Below, one piece after another: positions 43,025 through 51,090 of a stretch of 64,000 nucleotides of DNA; the stretch's first letter is position 1, and every line of letters starts with the position of its first letter. Source of the DNA: Lachnospiraceae bacterium (GTDB taxonomy: Bacteria; Bacillota; Clostridia; Lachnospirales; Lachnospiraceae). The position numbers and the translations under genes were made by a program. The DNA is taken from NCBI GenBank assembly GCA_017449745.1, contig JAFTFD010000339.1, forward strand, positions 21,866-85,865, given 5' to 3'. The notes below the pieces were generated by a model. That model was given only the letters and a program-made list of their open reading frames with translations. It did not search any database and was not told where the DNA came from.

Positions 43025-43813
43025 TTGCCATCTATCTATGAGTCATTACTTAATCGGAAGGCTTCACTCGAGTTGTTGATCCGTGAGAAGGAAAGAGCAT
43101 TGAGTAAGGCACCGGAAGGCACTCTGCATATCAGAAGCCACGGGAGTTATGTTCAATACTACATCAGCACAGAACAGCAGAAAGATAAGTATCTGTTGCG
43201 GAAGCAGGATGTGTTCGCCAAATCTCTGGCGCAAAAGAAATACGACGAGAGAATACTTAATTCTGCTAAGAAAGAGCTGAAAGCTATTGACGGGTTGCAG
43301 AGAAGAATCCCGGAAATAATGGTGGAAGATGTTTATACAAACTTATCTAAAGACCGGCAAAAGCTGGTTACGCCTATAGTGTTACCTGATAAGGAATTCG
43401 CAGATCAGTGGCAGAATGTTCCATATGAAAGAAAAAAATTCATGGAGGATTCACCGGAGTTCTTCACTGCCAAAGGGGAACGTGTCAGGTCAAAGTCTGA
43501 AATACTCATCGCAGATATGTTGAATAAACTGCACATTCCTTATCGATATGAGTATCCATTAGATCTAAAAGGGATCGGAACGATATATCCTGATTTTACT
43601 ATGCTGAACGTGAAATTGAGAAAAGAGGTCTATCTTGAACATCTTGGTATGATGGATGACCCGGTCTATCTGGAGAATGCTCTGCAGCGGATCAGTATTT
43701 ATGAGCAAAATGGAATATTTCCGGGAGACAGGTTGATCTTGCTTCATGAGACTTCAACGCATCCCCTGAATATCAGGGCTGCAGAAAGAGCAATCCGGTA
43801 TTACATCAATTAG
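43025..43813 (+). CDS. Hypothetical 262-aa protein with a C-terminal restriction-endonuclease-fold-like signature (copy B)
   Basis: Mirror of 98..886. Confidence 0.7.
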   Translation: MPSIYESLLNRKASLELLIREKERALSKAPEGTLHIRSHGSYVQYYISTEQQKDKYLLRKQDVFAKSLAQKKYDERILNSAKKELKAIDGLQRRIPEIMVEDVYTNLSKDRQKLVTPIVLPDKEFADQWQNVPYERKKFMEDSPEFFTAKGERVRSKSEILIADMLNKLHIPYRYEYPLDLKGIGTIYPDFTMLNVKLRKEVYLEHLGMMDDPVYLENALQRISIYEQNGIFPGDRLILLHETSTHPLNIRAAERAIRYYIN

Positions 43814-43895
43814 GACAATGCAATTAACAATGGAAGCACTGTTGAAATTCCACGAACTAAAACTAAAAAAGGGTTAATCCAAGAAAGGAACGAAA

Positions 43896-44453
43896 ATGAA
43901 TTACAATTACTTTAAAAACTATATTATTGATAAAGCACAGATGATCGGCGAGGATATTAGTTATTATGAAACAGCGGAAACAGAACCGGAAGTAGTGACT
44001 GAAACGGCATCGGATATGCTTTCCCATATACTTGAATTTACTATTCATTCAAGCGACGTATATAGTCCGGCCATCAGTACAACTGTGCGTATAGATCTTG
44101 TTGAATTGTTTCAGGATCTGCAATATGAAAAAAATGATCAGATCGTCAGAAAGATCGATGCATTGTTTAATTCAATGGAAACAACAGGATGTAAACTTGG
44201 AACGGAAGCATATATTAAAAGGTTGAGCGGGGTTGAACTGGAACGATATAATGCGCTCAAAGAACTAAGAGCTGAGATAGCAGAAAAAGAAGGCGTGCGT
44301 CTATACATGATCTTCGATAACAGGACACTTGCGGAGATGAGCCGCCTGAAACCTGAATCGAAAGCAGCAATGCAGACTATCCATGGAGTTGGAGCCGTAA
44401 AGATGGCAAAATACGGAGAACAGTTTTTTGACCTTCTCAGGGAATTGGCATAA
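43896..44453 (+). CDS. HRDC domain-containing protein
   Basis: 185 aa. The C-terminal ~70 aa match the HRDC pattern (LERYNALKELRAEIAEKEGVRLYMIFDNRTLAEMSRLKPESKAAMQTIHGVGAVKMAKYGEQF). I did not recognise the N-terminal ~110 aa. Its first 15 nt lie inside the palindrome and are mirrored at 1..15. Confidence 0.8.
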   Translation: MNYNYFKNYIIDKAQMIGEDISYYETAETEPEVVTETASDMLSHILEFTIHSSDVYSPAISTTVRIDLVELFQDLQYEKNDQIVRKIDALFNSMETTGCKLGTEAYIKRLSGVELERYNALKELRAEIAEKEGVRLYMIFDNRTLAEMSRLKPESKAAMQTIHGVGAVKMAKYGEQFFDLLRELA

Positions 44454-44581
44454 TAATTTACATACTATATATTTTCGGATATATCTAACTCATACCGGAA
44501 CATGATGGTACAATATGCTGGAGAAGGATTTTGCACAGCATATCTATTGTTAACTGGAAGCAACCAGTATAAGGACTCCAA

Positions 44582-45517
44582 ATGAAAGACGATCTAAACC
44601 TTTTCAGAAATCTGCTGATCCTGCTGTTGATCCTGGTCCTTGCGGGAGGGGCAGTCTGCGGGTATCAGTTATATAAAAACAGGGATGCTTATGGCGCTGA
44701 AGAAGACGGGGAGCTCACCGGCCTTAGGAAATTAATTTCAGAAGCTGAAAAGTGGCTGGACAGAAGTGGTGGTTCGAGATCGGGCCCGCTTCAGCCTTCA
44801 GAAGGTGAGGACGGTGCCGGGGACGCGCAGAACGAGGCGTCCGGCCAGGACAGCCAGGATGGCCGGAGTGACGCAAATGACACATGGGGAGGAGATGACC
44901 AGGACTTACTTGGCCTCATTGTCTGGGATGAGTTTCCCGAAGATCCGTTTGATGCCTTCCCGGGAGGAGAACGCAGACGGGTGATCTTCATTGGTGACTC
45001 CAGGACAGTCGGCATGTACTGGGCGCTGAGTAAGGACCAGAGTCTCCATGAAGTACATCTGGAAGATAAAAACGGAGATATATGGTCAGCCAGGGAAGGT
45101 ATGGGCCTTGCCTGGATGAAGGAGTATGGCGTCCCTCCTGTGCAGGAGGAGATCGGGGAAAATACGGCGGTCGTGATCCTGATGGGGGTCAATGACATAG
45201 GATCGCGGATAACCGCAGATGATTATGTGGACTATGTGAATGAAAAAGCACAGGACTGGACTGGAAAAGGTGCCTTGGTGTATTATACCTCTGTGAATCC
45301 GGTGCGGGAAACGCTCCCGAATGGCCTGTCCAATGCAAAGATCGATGAATGGAACCTGAAAATGCAGGAAGGGCTTTCAGAGAATGTGCAGTACATTGAC
45401 ACAAATTCTGTGATCACGCAGTACAGGGGGCAGTTCGATTTCAAGGACGCCCTGCATTACCGGGATTCGACGAATCTGGATGTATACAGGGTGGTTATGA
45501 CAGCAATCATCCAATAA
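44582..45517 (+). CDS. Membrane-anchored SGNH/GDSL-type hydrolase
   Basis: 311 aa with an N-terminal TM helix. It has block I FIGDSRT, block III LMGVND, and block V DALHY. Confidence 0.8.
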   Translation: MKDDLNLFRNLLILLLILVLAGGAVCGYQLYKNRDAYGAEEDGELTGLRKLISEAEKWLDRSGGSRSGPLQPSEGEDGAGDAQNEASGQDSQDGRSDANDTWGGDDQDLLGLIVWDEFPEDPFDAFPGGERRRVIFIGDSRTVGMYWALSKDQSLHEVHLEDKNGDIWSAREGMGLAWMKEYGVPPVQEEIGENTAVVILMGVNDIGSRITADDYVDYVNEKAQDWTGKGALVYYTSVNPVRETLPNGLSNAKIDEWNLKMQEGLSENVQYIDTNSVITQYRGQFDFKDALHYRDSTNLDVYRVVMTAIIQ

Positions 45518-45536
45518 GAAGCTGCAGGAAACATCC

Positions 45537-45683
45537 CTGCAGGCATTGCTGGCAGACGCTTCCAGATTAGTTTATTCCTGCAGGCATTGCTGGCAGACGC
45601 TTCCAGATTAGTTTATTCCTGCAGGCATTGCGAACAGACGCTTCCAGATTAGTTTATCCCTGCAAGCATTACCGGACAGGCAG
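45537..45683. repeat. 41-bp tandem direct repeat, 3 full copies plus a partial fourth
   Basis: The unit ctgcaggcattgctggcagacgcttccagattagtttattc starts at 45537, 45578, 45619 and 45660. Copies 1-2 are identical and copies 3-4 are progressively diverged. Confidence 0.9.
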
Positions 45684-45741
45684 TAACAAATAAGTATTAA
45701 ATTTAATTATCAAAAAAAAATAGAAAGAGAGCACGTAAACA

Positions 45742-47334
45742 ATGAGAGGCTGCGGCATTTTAATGCCGATCTCATCCCTGGCTTCCAGGTTCGGGATCGG
45801 CTGCATTTCCAAAGAGGCATATGAATTTGTAGATTTTCTTAGCAAAGCGGGACAGGGCTACTGGCAGATCCTGCCGGTGGGGCCTACAGGCTTCGGCGAT
45901 TCTCCTTATCAGCCGTTTTCCGCTTTCGCGGGAAATCCATATTTTATCTGCCTGGAGGATCTGATCGAGAAGGGCCTGCTGACCTGGGATGAAGTGAACA
46001 GCAGAGACTTCGGACGCGATGAAGAGCGCGTGGATTACGGCGCGCTTTACAATAACCGCTTCGACGTACTGCGTATTGCCTATGGCAGATTCCTGGAAAA
46101 GAAGATGGATCAGGAGGCAGATTATGCCGAGTTTACAGCCAGAGAACAGTTCTGGCTGGAGGACTATGCTCTCTTTATGGCGCTGAAAGAACTGCATGAG
46201 GGCAAGGGCTGGAGCGACTGGGACGATGAATATCGCCTGAGAAAGCCGCAGGCACTTAAAAAGGCCAAAGAAGAACTCAAGGAGACCATCGGCTTCTTTG
46301 AATTCCAGCAGTTCATGTTCGATCTGCAGTGGAGAGCGCTGAAAAAATACGCCAATAAGCACAATGTCCGGATCATTGGAGACATCCCTTTCTATGTCGC
46401 ACTGGACAGCACGGATGCATGGTCTCATCCTGAAGCATTTCTGATGGACAAGGATCTGAAGCCTACGGTCGTCGCAGGATGCCTGCCGGATGTGTTTTCC
46501 GCGACCGGACAGCTCTGGGGAAACCCGATCTACGACTGGCCGCACCTTAAAAAACGGGACTATGACTGGTGGGTGAAGAGGATCCGCCGCAGCTATGAGC
46601 TATATGATGTCATCCGCATCGATCATTTCCATGGTTTTTCGGAATACTGCGCGATACCGTATGGGGATGAGACGGCACTAAACGGTAAAATGTGCAAAGG
46701 ACCGGGCATCGACTTCTTCCGGAAAACAGCGGAGCAGGTTCCCGAGATGCGCGAGGAAGGCCTGCACATGATCGCAGAGGACCTCGGAAATAATACAGAG
46801 GAGAAAGAAAAGCTCCTTAAGGACAGCGGGCTTCCCGGAATGAAAGTACTGCAGTTTGCGTTTACCAGCTGGGACAGTGCTTATCTCACACATCGCCATG
46901 AGCGGAACTTTGTTGTCTATACGGGAACACACGACAATACCACAGCTCGCGCATGGGTAGAGGAATTGAATGAGGGGGCGAGATCTTACGTCCGCCGTTA
47001 TATCAATTCCGTGAATACGGATTACGGCGCATTTGTGTGGGATTTCATCCGCGAGGCATACCGATCCGTGGCAGAGCTTTGCATCATTCCCCTGCAGGAT
47101 TATCTGGTCAAAGGAAAAGAGGCAAGGATCAACAGCCCCGGTGTCGCAGACGGCAACTGGCAGTGGAGATTAAAGCCTCATTTCCTCTCTGACGACCTTG
47201 CGCGCAGCATATATGGACTGTCTGAACTGTACGGAAGACTTCCGCAGGAGGAGCCGGTGACAGAGGAGCCGGAGGAGACGGAAGAGACAGAAGAGACGGG
47301 GAAAACAAAGCAAGCAGAGGAAACCCAGAATTAG
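45742..47334 (+). CDS. malQ: 4-alpha-glucanotransferase (amylomaltase, GH77)
   Basis: 530 aa. The N-terminus GILMPISSL ... GYWQILPVGPTGFGDSPYQPFSAFAGNPYFI is typical of MalQ. It has an acidic E/T-rich C-terminal tail. Confidence 0.92.
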   Translation: MRGCGILMPISSLASRFGIGCISKEAYEFVDFLSKAGQGYWQILPVGPTGFGDSPYQPFSAFAGNPYFICLEDLIEKGLLTWDEVNSRDFGRDEERVDYGALYNNRFDVLRIAYGRFLEKKMDQEADYAEFTAREQFWLEDYALFMALKELHEGKGWSDWDDEYRLRKPQALKKAKEELKETIGFFEFQQFMFDLQWRALKKYANKHNVRIIGDIPFYVALDSTDAWSHPEAFLMDKDLKPTVVAGCLPDVFSATGQLWGNPIYDWPHLKKRDYDWWVKRIRRSYELYDVIRIDHFHGFSEYCAIPYGDETALNGKMCKGPGIDFFRKTAEQVPEMREEGLHMIAEDLGNNTEEKEKLLKDSGLPGMKVLQFAFTSWDSAYLTHRHERNFVVYTGTHDNTTARAWVEELNEGARSYVRRYINSVNTDYGAFVWDFIREAYRSVAELCIIPLQDYLVKGKEARINSPGVADGNWQWRLKPHFLSDDLARSIYGLSELYGRLPQEEPVTEEPEETEETEETGKTKQAEETQN

Positions 47335-47388
47335 TAAGCTGGTAAGCCTGTAACTGACAACACGCAAAAATACCGCGGAGGAAACGGC

Positions 47389-48327
47389 ATGAGCGATGTC
47401 TTGAAAAAGATCAGGGAAAACGTGGCGAAGGTCATGATCGGCAAGGAGGCAGTCACCGATCTGCTGCTGGCGGCGCTGGCTGCGGGAGGGCATGTCCTTC
47501 TGGAGGATGTTCCGGGAACCGGCAAGACGGTGCTGGCGAGAGCCCTTGCAAAATCGATGGATTTTGATTTCGGCAGGATCCAGTTTACGCCGGATCTGCT
47601 GCCCAGCGATGTGACAGGGCTTAGCTATTTTGACCAGGAAAAGAGTACTTTTGTTTTCCGGAAGGGGCCCGTGTTTACAAATCTGCTGCTGGCCGACGAG
47701 ATCAACCGCGCGACGCCAAGGACACAGTCCGCGCTCCTTGAGTGCATGGGCGAGGGCCAGGTGACAGTCGACGGAGAGACGCGCAGCCTTGAGAAACCTT
47801 TCTTTGTCATCGCAACGCAGAATCCGGTCGAGACGATCGGATGCTTTCCGCTGCCGGAAGCGCAGATGGACAGGTTTCTGATGAAGATCAACATGGGGCG
47901 CCTGTCCGCGCAGGAAGAGCGCAGCATGCTGGACCGTTTCATTGAAGCGCAGCCGCTGGAGACGCTGGAGAGTGTCGCTTCCAGGGAGGAGATCGTCCGG
48001 CTGCAGCAGGACTGCAGGCATGTTTTTGTGCACAGCGAGTTAAGAGATTATATTGTGAAACTTGTGCAGGCTTCCAGAAGCGGGTATGAGTACGGCTATA
48101 CAGGTATCAGCCCGCGCGGAACGCTGGCGCTTCTTCGCGCGTCACAGGGATTTGCCCTTGTACAGGGCAGGGACTTTGTCGTGCCGGAAGATATCAAGAG
48201 TGTTGCGGAGTCGGTCCTTGCCCACAGGTGTCTCACGGAAGAGACGTCCGATGCGGACCGCCGCGGCAGAATAGCGCAGATCCTCGGATCCGTACCTGTG
48301 CCGACCGAGGACTGGAGCCGCAGATGA
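47389..48327 (+). CDS. MoxR-family AAA+ ATPase
   Basis: 312 aa with Walker A GTGKT, Walker B LLADEINR, and the ATQNP motif. Confidence 0.92.
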   Translation: MSDVLKKIRENVAKVMIGKEAVTDLLLAALAAGGHVLLEDVPGTGKTVLARALAKSMDFDFGRIQFTPDLLPSDVTGLSYFDQEKSTFVFRKGPVFTNLLLADEINRATPRTQSALLECMGEGQVTVDGETRSLEKPFFVIATQNPVETIGCFPLPEAQMDRFLMKINMGRLSAQEERSMLDRFIEAQPLETLESVASREEIVRLQQDCRHVFVHSELRDYIVKLVQASRSGYEYGYTGISPRGTLALLRASQGFALVQGRDFVVPEDIKSVAESVLAHRCLTEETSDADRRGRIAQILGSVPVPTEDWSRR

Positions 48328-49520
48328 TCGCCGTACTGGCGGCACTGCTGTGCCTTGCGCTTGTCGCGTGGAATTATTTTTACAGCAGAAGATGGGACCG
48401 CGGCGTCAGCGTCGGGATCTCCTTTTCGCGCCCCGCGACCTATGTCGGCAAAACTTTTGAGCTGACGGAAGTGATAGAGAACAGGAAAAAAATGCCAGTC
48501 CCCGTCATGGAGATCGGTTTTCGCGTGCCGATCGGCATTCGTTTTACGGATGCGGAGAACACGCAGATCAGCGATTATATCTACAAGAAAGATCTCTTCG
48601 CCCTTCTGGGGATGGAGAGCATCACCAGAAAATATGAGATGGAAGCGGCAGAGCGCGGCTGTTACGATGTCAGCCAGGTTGTCTGCGAGGCTCCATCTCT
48701 TCTTCATATCTACCGGTACCGCATGGAATGCAGCACAACGGACCGGATCTATGCCTACGCCAGAAGAGTAGATGTCTCCAGGATCATCACCAGTGTCGAG
48801 ACGATCCTCGGGGAACTTGAAAGCAACCACAAGACTTACGAAGATCCTTTTGCTTTTGCCTCCATCCGGGAATACACGATCCGGGACCCGATGAAGACGA
48901 TCAACTGGAAAGCCAGTGCGCGCAGCGGGAACCTGATGGTAAATACTTTTACTTCTGTCCGCTCAGAGGAGATCGAGGTCTGTCTCGATGTGGAGGACAG
49001 CGGGATCCTCAAGCACTCGCCGCTTGTCGAGGAGAGCATCTCCATCGCGGCATCCCTGTGTGAAAAGCTGATGATGGCGGCCAGAACAGTGGAGTTCCGG
49101 ATCAATATCAGGCCGACGCAGCAGGAGATGGCGGAGTACGGGCACACTCTTAAGACTATGGATGGCTATACCCTTTTTCCGGCAGCGTCCGGTCAGGACA
49201 GGCATCAGAGCCTGGAGAGATTTCTGACGGGAAAAATGACGAACCGCGATACGGTACCTTTTGCGGATATGGCGTTCTCCGGATCGGTACCTCCAATTAA
49301 AAAGTCAGATTCTAGACCTGCTCCGACATCGGGAAAATCCGCAGAAAACGCGGACAGAGTCCGCATCCTTATTTCTAAAAATATTGACAGTGACTGGATC
49401 AGGGAACATCAGCAGCAGATCGATGGCAGCTGCATCCTGGTGATCCCGCACAGGCACGGCAGCCAGAGAACGCCGGTATCCCAGGGGATCCACTGCATCG
49501 ATTGGGAGATGAAGAACTAA
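48324..49520 (+). CDS. DUF58 domain protein (MoxR partner)
   Basis: Start taken at the ATGA overlap with the moxR stop (MIAVLAALL, N-terminal TM). It carries the conserved core IREYTIRDPMKTINWKASARSGNLMVNTF. Confidence 0.85.
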   Translation: MIAVLAALLCLALVAWNYFYSRRWDRGVSVGISFSRPATYVGKTFELTEVIENRKKMPVPVMEIGFRVPIGIRFTDAENTQISDYIYKKDLFALLGMESITRKYEMEAAERGCYDVSQVVCEAPSLLHIYRYRMECSTTDRIYAYARRVDVSRIITSVETILGELESNHKTYEDPFAFASIREYTIRDPMKTINWKASARSGNLMVNTFTSVRSEEIEVCLDVEDSGILKHSPLVEESISIAASLCEKLMMAARTVEFRINIRPTQQEMAEYGHTLKTMDGYTLFPAASGQDRHQSLERFLTGKMTNRDTVPFADMAFSGSVPPIKKSDSRPAPTSGKSAENADRVRILISKNIDSDWIREHQQQIDGSCILVIPHRHGSQRTPVSQGIHCIDWEMKN

Positions 49521-49599
49521 GCGGCTGGGGAACAAACAGTTCAGAATGTGAGTGACTGAAGAACGGAGCAGATGAAGAATTTAGTGGCTGAGGACGATA

Positions 49600-50847
49600 A
49601 TGAGTGCACGGATAAGACAATTTCTGATCACCATATGTGAATGGCTTCACGCTGCCATGGTCCTGGCACCGCTTGCCGGTGTGCTGTACATGCTGCTAAA
49701 AGAGAGAAATGACAGCTATATTCCGGTCATGTATGCCATTGCGCTTGGACTGCTGCTGCCTGCCAATATGATCCTGCGTACAGCTGTGATGAGGGCAAAG
49801 AGCCTATGGCTGTATCTGATCGTGACTGCGGCGGTGCTGACGGGCGTCTTTGCCGCAGCAGCTTCTTTGAGCGGGGCGTATTTTGAGGGGACGGTCAGGA
49901 TCTATCTTTGGGTCGTGCTGACAGTGCAGACAGTAATTCTTGCTGTGGACTGTTTTGGAATCAGAATGGAGGACAACAGGCGCCGGCAGGCAGTTCTGGA
50001 GAATGATCCAGACTGGCGGGAAAATGTGCATCTTACGCAAAGACCCGGAATCGGAGGCGGGGTCTGGTTTGCACTGCTGTATATACTGGGAGTGCTGGTC
50101 AACTGCAGCAGTATGTGTGATATAGCATTTCGGAGCGAAGCGGCTTATCTGGTGATCCTGGTCGTTTATCAGTTCCTGACTTCGACAGAGCAGTATCTGC
50201 GCAACAGACATGATATCAGCCACGTTCCGGAAAAGAGGATACGCAGGATCAGCACGGCAGTGCTCGCTGTCTTCCTGCTGGTCATGGGCGCTTCGATCCT
50301 CTTATCGGCTTTTGCGGGCAGATGGCGCCGCTATGCCGATCTTCGCCAGACAGATAACAAGCCTGTCGATATCGTGCTGGATCCTGAGATGTTCGAGGTG
50401 CCGCAGCAGGAGGGAATGGGCGGCCAGGAAGACCTGATGGCGATGCTGGCTGAGGATGCGCCGGAGCCGTGGATCGGCTGGGAGTACCTTGCCTGGATCG
50501 TTGCCGGCGTCAGCGTGGTTCTGATCGCTGTCGGTATTTTTTATGCGATCCGCCGTATTTTTGCCGAATTCAGGAACAGACCGGAAGAGAACGGAGACAT
50601 TGCCGTCAGACTCGAGCCGGAGGACGAGACCGTATCTCTGGAGACGGCGAGTACGCACCGCACCTTATTCCTTACCGAAGAGGAGAAGATCAGGAAGCGC
50701 TATCGCAAGATGATCAGAAAAAACCGGAAGGACCGGCCGGGAGCTTCGGAGACACCCGAAGAAATGGAGAAACTTGCCGGGATCAGCGAACTTGCAGAGA
50801 CGAAAGAACTGCATGCGCTTTATGAAAAGGTGCGGTACGGGAGATAG
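49600..50847 (+). CDS. Multi-pass membrane protein with a DUF4129-like C-terminal domain
   Basis: 415 aa with several TM helices. The charged C-terminus ends LHALYEKVRYGR, as in the third gene of MoxR/DUF58 operons. Confidence 0.7.
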   Translation: MSARIRQFLITICEWLHAAMVLAPLAGVLYMLLKERNDSYIPVMYAIALGLLLPANMILRTAVMRAKSLWLYLIVTAAVLTGVFAAAASLSGAYFEGTVRIYLWVVLTVQTVILAVDCFGIRMEDNRRRQAVLENDPDWRENVHLTQRPGIGGGVWFALLYILGVLVNCSSMCDIAFRSEAAYLVILVVYQFLTSTEQYLRNRHDISHVPEKRIRRISTAVLAVFLLVMGASILLSAFAGRWRRYADLRQTDNKPVDIVLDPEMFEVPQQEGMGGQEDLMAMLAEDAPEPWIGWEYLAWIVAGVSVVLIAVGIFYAIRRIFAEFRNRPEENGDIAVRLEPEDETVSLETASTHRTLFLTEEEKIRKRYRKMIRKNRKDRPGASETPEEMEKLAGISELAETKELHALYEKVRYGR

Positions 50848-51090
50848 GCAGTATGCCGCCATAACCATATACATCGGGGTATCGGGATACCGTATCTGTC
50901 ATTGTCCAGAATAGCAGTGAACAGCGTATTTTGATTCATAATTCTGTCGAAATTCATAATTGTGCTATCCCCATGAAAAGGGTAAAATCATAAATTATTA
51001 TTTCGTATTGTAACGGTACGCCCTCAGCAGTTAATGCTTCGGACGGCCCGAATAGTAGCATCGTAATTTCACTGTAGAAGGAGAAGATTA

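Larger units (their letters stand above)
21956..43910. repeat. Right arm of the giant perfect inverted repeat; continuous with the unique flank 43911..64000
   Basis: See the left-arm feature; coordinates map as x <-> 43911-x. Confidence 0.97.

Noticed and set aside
1-43910. Reading the inverted repeat as a composite transposon, as invertible-segment terminal repeats, or as two ancient paralogous gene sets.
   Set aside because: There is no unique spacer between the arms, no transposase or invertase, and no sequence divergence at all. The arms meet head-to-head at a single axis, unlike any IS or inverton architecture.
45537-45683. A possible CRISPR array. The same question applies to the 64-bp repeats at 59257..59512 and the 31-33-bp repeats at 41.7-42.2 kb.
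   Set aside because: The repeats are directly abutting, with no unique spacers between them. The units are diverged and no cas genes are present.
48228-48323. The upstream extension of the DUF58 ORF, which would overlap moxR by 100 nt.
   Set aside because: An in-frame ATG at 48324 forms an ATGA overlap with the moxR stop and begins with a TM helix typical of DUF58 proteins. The extension is probably untranslated.
50848-51090. A purine, guanine or PRPP riboswitch upstream of the GMPS-like gene.
   Set aside because: I could not find the conserved purine-riboswitch core (the UAUAAU ... GGAUAUGG ... CCGUAAAU ... GACUAUG pattern) or any other motif I recognise. This needs a covariance-model scan.
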